DNA of 64,000 bases, taken from Octopus bimaculoides. Its lineage: Eukaryota. The DNA is taken from positions 113,077,446-113,141,445 of the forward strand of contig NC_068985.1 of NCBI RefSeq assembly GCF_001194135.2, given 5' to 3'. The translations under genes and the position numbers were made by a program. The notes beneath the pieces are model-generated. The model saw nothing but the letters and a program-made list of their open reading frames with translations. It did not search any database and was not told the DNA's origin. Each line of letters starts with the position of its first letter. The stretch's first letter is position 1. Positions 39,320 to 51,575 of this stretch are shown here, piece by piece.

Positions 39320-39705
39320 TCTTTTATTCTTTTATTTCTTTCAGTCGTTTTGACTGCGGCCATGCTGGAGCGCCGCCTTTAGTCGAGCAAATCGACCCCA
39401 GGACTTATTCTTTGTAAGCCTAGTACTTATTCTATCGGGTCTTTTGCCGAACCGCTAAGTTACGGGGACATAAAAACGCCAGCATCGGTTGTCAAGCGAT
39501 GTTGGGGGACAAACACAGACAGACACACACACACACACATATACACGACTGACTTCTTTCAGTTTCCGTTTACCAAATCTACTGACAAGGCTTTGGTCGG
39601 CCCGAGGCTATAGTAGAAGACACTTGCACAAGGTGCCACGCCGTGGGACTGAACCTGGAGCCATGTGGTTGGTAAGCAAACTAATTACCATACACCCACT
39701 CCTAC
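39320..39705 (-). mobile_element. SINE B, near full length
   Basis: Both halves present with internal (CA)n. Confidence 0.88.
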
Positions 39706-39757
39706 GCCTATATATACATATATATAATAGATACACACATATATATATACACATACA

Positions 39758-39789
<32 letters not shown>

Positions 39790-39809
39790 CACATCTGTAA
39801 GTATATATA

Positions 39810-40045
39810 TTTGTGTCTGTATGTATTTGTCGCCTACTACAACCACCACCGCTTGACAACCAGCATTGGTTTGTTTCCGTAGCCCATAACCAGTGGCGCG
39901 ACAAAAGATTCCTACACAGTAAGTACCAGACTTAGAAAATAAATAAATAAATTCTGGGAGTCGATTTGTTTCACCAAAACCCTTCCTGGCGATGCCCCAG
40001 CAAGGCCGCAGCCAATGAATGAAACACATAAAAGCTAAAACAAAA
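39810..40045 (+). mobile_element. SINE B 3' half, diverged
   Basis: ccgcttgacaaccagcattggtttg...taagtaccagacttag...gggagtcgatttg...gaatgaaacacataaaag. Confidence 0.75.
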
Positions 40046-40106
40046 GTAAGCTATTCTGACATATATATTTGTGATTCTTCTATTCTCCTTAACTTAAATA
40101 TTATGA

Positions 40107-40226
40107 TTTTCAGAAAGACAACTGAATGTTGCTTTGTCAAGGTATACTACATGTGTAGTGAAATTTCGGGAGGAAAACGCCATTACTAAAATTGTATATA
40201 CCGTGGTTTTCTGGAACGTGCAGTAA
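40107..40226 (+). mobile_element. Helitron RepHel helicase C-terminal remnant
   Basis: FSERQLNVALSRY...ENAITKIVYTVVF...* resembles the Helitron/Pif1 terminal motifs FSHGQLYVALSRV...TKNVVYxEVF. Confidence 0.6.
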
Positions 40227-41547
40227 GCCTATCCATACGTGAACCACACAAAGTAAAAACCCTCAAAGTACCTACAAATGTTAAATACTTTATTCTCTTA
40301 CTATCTTTCAGAGCGATTTCAAATATATAATATTGCCAAAACTGCATCAAAAAGGCTGTTTCTTTTTCAGATCAAGTGATGAATATTTCCTGACCATTTC
40401 TAAAATTCATGTTGGACGCACATTGTTGTTCTGTTCAAAAGTTAAAGTGTACGTTGCTAAATATATAAACATTAATCATTACTTCTCATCCGATAGAAAA
40501 AACTTCACTCATCAATACACTGCGACCAATGTCTTTTTTTTTCTTCTCTGGTCTGTTTCTTCTATTATAGTGACTCCCTGTTCATTTCATCGTACTCAAG
40601 ATTGGCCTAGTGCCTATAGCAAAAATGAATATTCACTCAAGTTTATTTGATCCATTCACTCAACATAGAAGTCTCATGAACCAACAAGGGAACCAACATG
40701 GTCGCTTGGCGTGTTAGAGATAGCGAATAAGTATTCCTACATTACATTCTATCATTATAAATAAGGAAGGGAAAATTGCGGATAGAGATATGCAAGTATG
40801 CGTAATGGTAACCGCCAATATGCCTTTGATCATAAATCTGCTTGATCAGAGCTGACAAAGTACTAAATAACAACAACAATAACAACAGTCCTTTCTCTTA
40901 TAGGCACAAAGTGTGAAATTTGGTGGGGAGGGCCAATCGTTTAGATCTAAACCATTGCTCAACAGGTACTTATTTTATCATCTGCGAAACGATGAAAAGC
41001 AAAGTCAACCTCGGTTGCATTTCAAGTCAGAATGTGAAAAGCTGGGAGAAATACCGCTACGTATTTTGTTCGGCGAGGTAACGATTTGAGTCTTCCAGTT
41101 TGCCGTCTTCGGCAACAGCAATGATAAGAACATAGATCCTATCTGTTGCATCGACACTCCAAACTCAGCATTAAGCACTTTTTCCTACCCTACCCCGGCA
41201 AAAGCTGCCGGCCTCTGACATCAATCTACAAAAACTTCTGATTAAATACCAAATGCATTGACTTCACTTAGTCTACGAGGGCATGTGAAGGGTATGGCTA
41301 ATTAATCTTGTACTTCCATTAATTAAGTAAATAGCAGAAACAATTTACTCGCTAGTCAATATTATAGATTCACATTTCTCTTTATTTCACCTCCCAAGTA
41401 TTCCCCACCTCAATTGAAAATCATCTACATTATCTGCGCTCAAATATCACCAATAGCTTATTGAAGTTTGACACTTCAGTCAGCCATATCAATTTTAAAG
41501 TATCTCCAGGAACCTTGCTATAACTGAATCAACTCCGTGTTCATCAG

Positions 41548-41666
41548 AAAGATCTGGAATGATGCATGTAGGGTTGCTAATGAGAATTTTGAAAGCTGTA
41601 GGTTGTAAATGAGTGTTTGAGAAAAGGTGGTTTTGCTAATGAAAATCTGGGAAGATGTGTTACTGA
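41548..41666 (+). repeat. Degenerate 30-bp repeat, cluster 1
   Basis: Units such as gagaattttgaaagctgtagg... and gaaaatctgggaagatgtgttact, same family as 42165-42520. Confidence 0.7.
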
Positions 41667-41800
41667 CACGAGCTTCACGTCTCGTTTTGTCCCTGGGTTC
41701 CAATACGCTATCTTGGCTTTTATATTATTGCCATGATAATTTTTCACTATATCATATGTGAGGCAAAGGTCACATAGTGCTTTTTACAAACGGCACACAG

Positions 41801-41883
41801 GTGGATCATTTGGAACCTAGTTCATATTACAAACTAAACTCACCGGTGGGTCACATTGCAATTCTTGGATATTTTCTACTGGC
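41801..41883 (+). CDS. Candidate 83-nt internal exon (product unknown)
   Basis: Acceptor ...cggcacacAG at 41799-41800, perfect donor GTAAGT at 41884; only one frame open: VDHLEPSSYYKLNSPVGHIAILGYFLL(A). Confidence 0.2.
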
Positions 41884-42164
41884 GTAAGTATGTCTATTTT
41901 CTCCAAATCTCTTTTTTTTTTTTTAATATCTTTGTTTCCATGCTAAATAAAATGTTTATCGTTCCCATCTGTTTTGCTAATCATATTTTCTCTTTACTCA
42001 ATATTTTTAATATACTTCCATTTTATAGTAAAATTTGGCATGATATAAATATGAAACTTAAGAAAAAAAAACTAAAGAATTGTCCTAATAATAACATACT
42101 TAAGGCTTCCAATAGGCTCATTGAAAATAAATAATGAGACAACTCTCGTGCACCAACGTGTTTA

Positions 42165-42520
42165 TGAAGATCTGGGAAGGTGTGCTGCTAAAAGGTATCT
42201 AGAAATATGTAGTATTGTAGTATTGCTTATGAGGATCTTGAAGATGTGGTGTTGCTAATAAGAATATGGGAAGAAGGTGGGCGAGGGTTGCTAGTGAGAA
42301 TCTGGAAAGATATACTGTTGCTAATATGGATAGTGTTAGTAACGAAGATTTGGGTAGATGTAGTGTTGCTGATGAGAATCTGAGATGTAGTGCTGCTAAT
42401 GAGGATCTAGGAGCATGCATTGTTGTTAAGGAAGATCTGGAGAGATGGAGTGTTGCTAACGAGGATTTTGAAAGATGTTTTGCTAATAAGTATTCGGCAA
42501 GAAGTAATGTTAGATTTAAG
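42165..42520 (+). repeat. Degenerate 30-bp minisatellite (consensus near gaggatctgggaagatgtagtgttgctaat; reads EDLGRCSVAN)
   Basis: About 12 units, most 27, 30, 18 or 36 bp long; open frame from about 42242 to 42580. Confidence 0.8.
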
Positions 42521-42699
42521 GAACATGCTACTCTACTATTGATAGATACTAATGGAGAAAGCAGGTTTCTTACTCTGTGAGTCCCCCACCACCGCGACCA
42601 CCTTGGAAACGGAAGGGAACATAGAAGAAGAGTCTGTAAGCAAGCAAGCAGGAACTTTTCCTGACATACTATACCTAAGTCTTCATTATCCACTGTTTT

Positions 42700-42990
42700 T
42701 ATTCGGTTTTGACAATATAGGGTGAAATTTGAAGGATGATGTGGTTGGTATTTTAGAGATGCAAACTCGTTTGCATTCATACCGTGGAATTGTTGGACAA
42801 TCAGGTCATCTTTTCCTGGCTGCCCAATTTATGTTAACCCATTCAAATGTCGATTACCGAAACTCTTTGACGCCTGTTATTCTGTTTAGCGCTGAAGACT
42901 CCCAGTCACTTGTTTCAAGTTTGCATTGAGTCAGAAAATCTTTCACACAGTCCTTAAATCGCAATTTTGGCTCATCCATGCATAGACACA
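42700..42990 (-). mobile_element. RTE-clade LINE 3' end, decayed
   Basis: PKLRFKDCVKDFLTQCKLETSDWESSALNR followed by a degenerate Cys/His terminal motif, as in RTE ORF2 ends. Confidence 0.7.
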
Positions 42991-43020
42991 AACGCACGCA
43001 CACACACACACACACACACG

Positions 43021-43247
43021 GCGGCGAGCTGGCAGAAACGTTAGCACGCCGGGCGAAATGCTTAGCGGTATTTCGTCTGCCGCTACGTTCTGAGTTCAAA
43101 TTCCGCCGAGGTTGACTTTGCCTTTCATCCTTTCGGGGTCGATTAAATAAGTACCAGTTACGCACTGGGGTCGATATAATCGACTTAATCCGTGTTTGTC
43201 TGTCCTTGTTTGTCCCCTCTGTGTGTAGCCCCTTGTGGGTAGTAAAG

Positions 43248-43250
<3 letters not shown>
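43021..43250 (+). mobile_element. SINE A, intact, tail type 2, inserted in (CA)n
   Basis: ggcggcgagctggcagaaacgttagcacgccgggcgaaatgc...gccccttgtgggtagtaaagaaat with (CA)n on both sides. Confidence 0.92.
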
Positions 43251-43317
<67 letters not shown>

Positions 43318-43789
43318 AACGCGCTCCCGTGCGCCCGCGCAGTCATACCGACACTAGCATGCTTTGTGCATAAAGAGAAACAATTCTCAGTATTGCCATG
43401 TATTGAGTGAGTCCTTGGAATCCTCTACATTTCACTAATCACATACATATCCCACACACACAAACACATACACGTGCATACGCGTGCACATATATACTCC
43501 CATGTATGCATACATATATACTTACACACATACGGACTCATACACACATACATAAACACGCGCGCACATGCATACAAGCATACGCTCATACACACACGTA
43601 TACTCCCATGCATGCGTACTTATACACATATACACACACGCACACCCACACATATACACACACGTGCGCACGCTTATGTTTGTTTGTATGCGTGTCTGTG
43701 TGTCAGCGTACATTTTTTTTTCACCTCTAATCAAGTAGTTTTGTTTGAATAGCTTTTGATTCTATGCCCATTTTTCCTTATCTTTACTC

Positions 43790-43806
43790 TGCATCATCCG
43801 CATGAA

Positions 43807-43838
<32 letters not shown>

Positions 43839-43864
43839 ACATCATCATCGCCACCACCATCAAC

Positions 43865-43907
<43 letters not shown>

Positions 43908-44026
43908 CCTTGATCAGCATCATTATCATCCTCATCATCCTCATCATCCTCATCATCCTCATCATCCTCATCATCATCATCATCATCATCATCATCAGTA
44001 GTAGTAGTAGTAGTAGTAGTAGTACT

Positions 44027-44072
<46 letters not shown>

Positions 44073-44122
44073 GTAGTAGTAGTNNNNNNNNNNNNNNNNN
44101 NNNNNNNNNNNNNNNNNNNNNN

Positions 44123-44193
<71 letters not shown>

Positions 44194-44215
44194 ACAACAA
44201 CAACAACAACAATAT
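43790..44215. repeat. Serial trinucleotide array (CAT)n-(CATCCTCAT)n-(AGT)n-(ATT)n-gap-(CAG)n-(TAG)n-(AAC)n
   Basis: Directly visible. Confidence 0.95.
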
Positions 44216-44492
44216 AAGCAAGACGAAGAAAAACAGAGTACAGCAACTGCAACAACAACAGCAAATAAATCCTCACAGATACATACAATAGTAGTAGCAT
44301 TTAATATGTAAACTACAGAAATATTGAATTTGAAATGATTTTTCTTTTCTTCCTATTACATACATACATACATACATACACACACACATACATACATGCA
44401 CACGTACATACACACATACTTAAATACATACATACATAAATACATACATACATACATACATAAATACACACATACATACATACATACATAAA

Positions 44493-44524
<32 letters not shown>

Positions 44525-45931
44525 AACAGACAGACAGACAGAGAGAGACACACACATATATATAATATATATATATACATATATACATATTCGTTTTTAG
44601 CAACTACTGCAACAAAACCGCAACCACCACCATCACAACAACCGCAATAGCATTAACAGCTATTTGCAACAAAAGCATTATTGTTGTTTGGTATGTTGTT
44701 GTTACAGTTTCGTTCGGTTCTTCTTTTATTTTCTGATAATGCGGTTTTCTGATCTCTAATGTGGCGTATGTTAACCTTAGGACTTCTAATTTAAAACATT
44801 TGTTTGTGTTTTTTTTGTTTGGTTGTTAGTTTTGTAGCAGAGGAAGGCGTGTTTTAAGTCAGATTAATCTGGTTGAGCCACAACAAAGAAAGTTTGCCCA
44901 GAAGCCCTGAAGAGCAATGGCTTCCCTATTCAGAGACAAAAATCAACAGTTTTTACGTGATGAAGGGAACTGGTCGATACCATTGATACTACTTTACTGG
45001 TACTTTATTTTTATCGTACCCGGGATGATGAAAACCAGTGGAAGCCAATGTTGTCCTCACCAGGATTTAAACTGCTGGGGGTGTACGCTATCGGAAGAAA
45101 AACCGCAAATTCAAGACTCCAGAGAGTAACAACAACAACAACAACGTCAGAAACAATTGCAACAGTAGCAAAAACACGGAGCTCGGTCTACAATAAACAG
45201 CAGGCAATTCTCCCTCAAGTGTAACCTATCATATATATGAGTGTATGTGTGTGTGCGCACGCGCGTATATATATATATATATATATATATNNNNNNNNNN
45301 NNNNNNNNNNNNNNNNNNNNNNNNNNNNNNNNNNNNNNNNNNNNNNNNNNNNNNNNNNNNNNNNNNNNNNNNNNNNNNNNNNNNNNNNNNNNNNNNNNNN
45401 NNNNNNNNNNNNNNNNNNNNNNNNNNNNNNNNNNNNNNNNNNNNNNNNNNNNNNNNNNNNNNNNNNNNNNNNNNNNNNNNNNNNNNNNNNNNNNNNNNNN
45501 NNNNNNNNNNNNNNNNNNNNNNNNNNNNNNNNNNNNNNNNNNNNNNNNNNNNNNNNNNNNNNNNNNNNNNNNNNNNNNNNNNNNNNNNNNNNNNNNNNNN
45601 NNNNNNNNNNNNNNNNNNNNNNNNNNNNNNNNNNNNNNNNNNNNNNNNNNNNNNNNNNNNNNNNNNNNNNNNNNNNNNNNNNNNNNNNNNNNNNNNNNNN
45701 NNNNNNNNNNNNNNNNNNNNNNNNNNNNNNNNNNNNNNNNNNNNNNNNNNNNNNNNNNNNNNNNNNNNNNNNNNNNNNNNNNNNNNNNNNNNNNNNNNNN
45801 NNNNNNNNNNNNNNNNNNNNNNNNNNNNNNNNNNNNNNNNNNNNNNNNNNNNNNNNNNNNNNNNNNNNNNNNNNNNNNNNNNNNNNNNNNNNNNNNNNNN
45901 NNNNNNNNNNNNNNNNNNNNNNNNNNNNNNN

Positions 45932-45980
<49 letters not shown>

Positions 45981-47270
45981 ATTAATGAGGATTTATCAAT
46001 CCGGTTAAAATATTTTGCTTGTAGACGAAATACATGGCTATCTTGCATTATATTCTAACATATCGTAAATGTTTAACGCATAACATAAAAACGAAAGGAA
46101 AACTACAAAACAAAAGTAAATATAACGCTATATGTAAGTTTGAAATGGCTATACTGACTGTCACAACGGAATTCTTTGAGTTTCAGCACTATCTCAGATC
46201 TAATTTCTTGCCAAATTAGTACAACTCCAAAATGTGACCGTTTTACAAATTGTTCAACAGATCAAGTTTATATTTTATTGCATTTTATGTGGCTGCCATA
46301 TGTCTAGTTAGCTTAATTTTTCTCTATTTCATCTTATTTCTTTCTGCATTATTCGTTTTCCTATTTCCTATAGAAATTTGATATATCAATAGGAGCCTCG
46401 TTCTGAATAGCGCGTTCTCTGTTCAAAGCACAAATGTCTCGAGCCGCTTTGACAGCTTTTGAACTTTGATTGAAAGCAAAGAGAGTCAGGTGTCAAAAAT
46501 AGTAATTTTCTTTTTCTTTTACTTGACATGCTATCGTAATATGTCTGAAAGGAAGTAAAATTTATTCAATTTCAACAACGATAAACAAAGTTGTTTATTG
46601 AAGAATAGAAAATAAAATAAAATAAAATAAAAGAAACTCTTGGATAGAATACTTTCCGTGTTTAATTCAAATAACACTGGGTGGTGGGGAACGAACGAAT
46701 TTATCTGACAGCAGAATAGTGTAATTGGGAATAGGATCGTTAAACTAGGAGGTAGAGCTGGGGTTGAAAACTGATGAATGCGTTTTGGAACACAACACCT
46801 AACCAGAGAAATAGTGAATGGAAACTTGCTACGTAGCGGGCAGACAACAGGAGAAATATTCAGAAGAACTATCAATCAAGCAAATGTTTCGGCCCGTTAG
46901 ATCCAGACGCTTTAAGGAGGCCGGCCCAGTTAGGTCATGATTTCTAGATGTACCCCCTGTTGTTTTTAAAATGCCACCTTTAGTGGGATTGCAGTTGGAA
47001 CCTTTGAGTGACCTTATTTCCTCGAACTGTGATGGGTATCACTCAGCCACGAAAACCACTGTCCTTTCTGCTATATTTAGCGACTTGCAGTATTCTTTTC
47101 CAGCTCTAGCTACCATTGCTCTTTGCCCGTAGCTACAATGATCAAGAGAACTGTCTCTGACAAGCTTTTAATCGTCGCTGTTTCACCTTTATGGATAGGG
47201 CATATTATGCATTTCTTAACAATCTGGAAAGTCTACCACTTGCAAGAAAGCTTTGGAAGTCTTTGCTTTT

Positions 47271-47584
47271 AATGACTGCTGCACGTGACGGTGGCTTTGA
47301 ACTGGTTGATCACATGAGGAAACAGATGATTGTCAGTTGGGGACCAGATCAAGAAAATAAGCTGGGAACTAGAATCGCAGTGATGATGACTCATGTCTGC
47401 TGATGGTGACTTTTTTGATCAACAGAGTGAAAGCTTCTTCGCCAGTGAGAACTAAGTACCACTGCAACACTGATTGAAGAAGTGTGTGGACCGCAATAGG
47501 AATTATGTTGAAAAATAAACCTCTTTTGGTGACATTTCATGAGAGTACTTTGGTCAGTTTACGAGCTATTCATCTGACCCACGT
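47271..47584 (+). mobile_element. Mariner 3' fragment with right end
   Basis: AARDGGFELVDH, then ...FFDQQSESFFAS...KKCVDRNRNYVEK* and a terminal ...gtcagtttacgagctattcatctgacccacgt. Confidence 0.75.
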
Positions 47585-47603
47585 GTGTGTGTGTGTGTGT
47601 GTG

Positions 47604-47649
<46 letters not shown>

Positions 47650-47870
47650 NNNNNNNNNNNNNNNNNNNNNNNNNNNNNNNNNNNNNNNNNNNNNNNNNNN
47701 NNNNNNNNNNNNNNNNNNNNNNNNNNNNNNNNNNNNNNNNNNNNNNNNNNNNNNNNNNNNNNNNNNNNNNNNNNNNNNNNNNNNNNNNNNNNNNNNNNNN
47801 NNNNNNNNNNNNNNNNNNNNNNNNNNNNNNNNNNNNNNNNNNNNNNNNNNNNNNNNNNNNNNNNNNNNNN

Positions 47871-48175
47871 TTAAAAGAATCAGGGAGATTCAGAAAAAAT
47901 ATCTGAGATCTCAAGGATTATTGCATATGTTTATATAAAAATATATACGAGTATATATACAGGAGGCCAGTAGGTGGACTGGTAATGTGCTAGAAGAAGA
48001 TTCCCTTTGAGAATTATTCGGTCTTTGGAGACACATGACATGTGATCTTCTTCTAGCACATTACCGGTCCACCTACTGGCCTCCTGTATATATACTCGTA
48101 TATATTTTTATATAAACATATGCAATAATCCTTGAGATCTCAGATATTTTTTCTGAATCTCCCTGATTCTTTTAA
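47871..48175. repeat. Near-perfect inverted repeat: 131-bp arms, 43-bp spacer, one mismatch
   Basis: 47871-48001 equals the reverse complement of 48045-48175 except T47980 opposite G48066. Confidence 0.95.
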
Positions 48176-48262
48176 TGTGGTAGTTACCTGGTATTAAATT
48201 GATATTAATTAATATCCAACTTTTTACCCCATTGTTTAATTTAGTTATATATATATATATAT

Positions 48263-48305
<43 letters not shown>

Positions 48306-48874
48306 TACATGCATGCATACATACATACATGCATGCATAAATACATACATACATGCATACATACATACATACATACATACATAGCTTATGCATTGAACAA
48401 TGACTCAAACTGTTTATTGAGTTCGTCATAGATCACCATAACTTCCATGCAATGATGATTATGAATATCTCATTGTTCGAATCTGTTGCCGTTTTAAATA
48501 TTTTAATGGTAACAATTAAGCTGCAGTCAAAATGATAGTATCTTCATTATGTACCCCTCATTTCTTCTCTTGCTCTCTCTCTTTATCTATGCCCCTCTCA
48601 CTATCACTCTTCATTTCTCTCCCTCCCGCCGCTCTCTCTCTTTCTCACTGTCTTTCATTCTTCGCCATTTCATTTTCATTACGTTCACCAAATACAGACA
48701 CGTGATGTGCAGTCGTCATTTCACTCTGAGCTTAATTAGTGAAAACACTGATCTGTTTCAAATGGTAACGCTAATTTCGGTTTCCTGGTTATGGTTCGTT
48801 GCTACTCACCATGTCCGTTAATGAGACGAGGTTAAAAATATTTGAATTGCCAAAGTTAATACTCCGTCTTTATC

Positions 48875-48984
48875 TTTCTTTTTATTGCTTTAAGCCACTG
48901 GACTGCAACCATGCTGGGGCACCACCTTGGAGGGTTTTAGTGGGTCTAATCGACCCTCAGTACATATCTTTCTTTTTTTCTTTT

Positions 48985-49036
<52 letters not shown>

Positions 49037-49370
49037 TCAGTTGGAAGTTGGTATTTATTCTAGCAATCTGTTTTGTCTCTTTTGCCGAACTGCAAGATTA
49101 GAAGTAATTTAAACAACCAACGCCGATTTTAAAGCGGTGGTGGGGAAAAAACCAGAGACAATAACACATGCGCGCGCATGCGCATACGCACATACACGAC
49201 GGTCTTCCACGCAGTTTCCATATCCCAAATTCTCTCACAAAACAGTATCGGTCTTGGGGTAGAGGCTATAATAGAAAAGACACTTGCCGACTAAGGTGTG
49301 CACAGTAGGACTAAACCCGAAATCATGTGACTCCAAAACAAGTTTTTTAACCTCACAGTCATGCCTGAAT
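48875..49370 (-). mobile_element. SINE B, degenerate, with internal (TTTC)n
   Basis: ttttattgctttaagccactggactgcaaccatgctggggcaccacc...gtaggactaaacccgaaatcatgtg. Confidence 0.7.
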
Positions 49371-49804
49371 TAAACTGTTTCCTTTTTTTATATATATAAT
49401 TATTTAAATTTTCAAGCAGAATCAAGTTGTAAAGGGTCAACTGAGCTGAATAAACTTCTCCACGGGAGACTAACATATAAAGAAGTTTAACTCAATGATC
49501 TGGGATGTTATTTTCGGAAAACTTAAAAGAACATTAGTGTCGTTAATGCTAGCATTACAATGATATTTGCATGTTTGTAAGTTTTACGTCACTCAAGAAT
49601 TCCAACACAAGAATTCGTTTCAAAATAAGGAGTTTATTATATATCAATTCATAATCGACCCGCGTTACGTTAATCAAGGTAATTAGTTTATTAACAAACG
49701 TCAAAGTATAGACATTTCTTCGTTTACGTTTGATAAAATCCAAGAAGAGAGAAACGAGAAGGGTGAGATATGGCGATCGATAGGTGGATACAGGGAGAGG
49801 GAGA

Positions 49805-49864
<60 letters not shown>

Positions 49865-50208
49865 NNNNNNNNNNNNNNNNNNNNNNNNNNNNNNNNNNNN
49901 NNNNNNNNNNNNNNNNNNNNNNNNNNNNNNNNNNNNNNNNNNNNNNNNNNNNNNNNNNNNNNNNNNNNNNNNNNNNNNNNNNNNNNNNNNNNNNNNNNNN
50001 NNNNNNNNNNNNNNNNNNNNNNNNNNNNNNNNNNNNNNNNNNNNNNNNNNNNNNNNNNNNNNNNNNNNNNNNNNNNNNNNNNNNNNNNNNNNNNNNNNNN
50101 NNNNNNNNNNNNNNNNNNNNNNNNNNNNNNNNNNNNNNNNNNNNNNNNNNNNNNNNNNNNNNNNNNNNNNNNNNNNNNNNNNNNNNNNNNNNNNNNNNNN
50201 NNNNNNNN

Positions 50209-50242
<34 letters not shown>

Positions 50243-50814
50243 GACGGGCTTCTTTCAGTTTCCGTCTACCAAGTCCACTCACAAGGCTTTGGTCGACTCG
50301 GGGCTATAGTAGAAAACACTCACCCAAGGTTGCATGCTGTGGGACTGAACCCAGAACCATGTGGTTGGTAAGCAAGCTACTTACCATACAGCCACTTATA
50401 TATGTGAAACTAGTGTAATAACATTATAAACAAAAGAAAAAGAAGTTTGTAGCAATGACGTTTGATAAGTGATTTTTAAGCAATTACATATTCGTTTTAC
50501 TTATTTGGGTTATCCAATTCCAATTTTGTATTATTTCAGATTGTTTTTTTACTCATTTCCAGTCCCGCAGATACATGTACATAAAACCAAAGCTCACAAT
50601 AGTACCGACGTTTGCAGTATTCTAGCAAGTTTTGTGTACGACTCTGCTTTTTAACCTGAGAGAAATAACTGTGTATTAGAGTGCTATTGTCAGAACCTAG
50701 AAGTATTGTTGGACAGACAACGCTAACACATAACAGGATTGCAAAAGTGATACAATATAAGTAGATTTCAGAAATAATAAAATAACTAGAGCTGTTTCAG
50801 ATCATCAAATACCA

Positions 50815-51575
50815 GAGACTAGCGAATAAAACTTTGTGGGTATGAAACCTTCAAAGAATTAATGTTATATAACAATAAAATCTGGCAGTTCTGGTTATGT
50901 AGTCTTCCCTGCATTCACATAAAATCCAATCCCACAAGCTGCCTCTTCTAGTTCATGCAGTAAGTTTTCAGCATCTGTTACCTTGTCAGCAAATAGTACA
51001 AAGTCGTTCGCATAGTCAGCATCGTCTTGGTTGGATATCTCATGTTTCTAGATGTCTATAGAGAAAAATCAATGTTATTGTAAAGATCAATAGACATATG
51101 CAAAATATAGTCCAGTGTTAGGATAAACAAGAAAGGCGCTAGTGTATCGCCCGGTAGTACTACTGCCTGAATATTTAAAACGCCTGTATCGTCATCGGGG
51201 GTTCGCACCATCGATTTTATATTATTATATATCATCATGATTGCATTTGTTGCTTCTTGCGGTGTTTCGTATATCCTCGGTATTTCGGCCATATTGTGGA
51301 AGTATGCCCAACATAATCTTAATCATTCCAGACCGAAGGACAATATATGTTGGTTACTACTAGCGAAACAAAGATGAATTAGTGAGTGAGCTCTTTCTGT
51401 TGATCCCAAGTCTCGGAAATTCTCGTCTCGGACGGTCCAGAATGACGTACACTGATCAATTCTCTCGTGATGTCGAGTAACAAAAAAAAAATACTCAGAA
51501 AATGGCATGAAAGACAGGAACGCTTGAAGAAAAAGAGTGGCTTTGTTCCGAGAAACACGTCCGAAACGATAGAAC
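50815..51575. mobile_element. RTE/RTEX-like LINE remnant: RT fragment on minus strand joined to the ORF2 3' end on plus strand
   Basis: Minus 51325 to 50815: VLPGDTLAPFLFILTLDYIL...ADYANDFVLF...GFYVNAGKT. Plus 51330-51575: RNKDELVSEL...GRSRMTYTDQ...MKDRNA*RKRVALFRETRPKR*. Confidence 0.85.

Noticed and set aside
40333-40650. 105-aa ORF with an acceptor-like site at about 40370
   Set aside because: No convincing donor or homology; composition is like the AT-rich background.
43756-44001. Poly-His, poly-Met and poly-Asp ORFs
   Set aside because: Pure translation of (CAT)n microsatellite.
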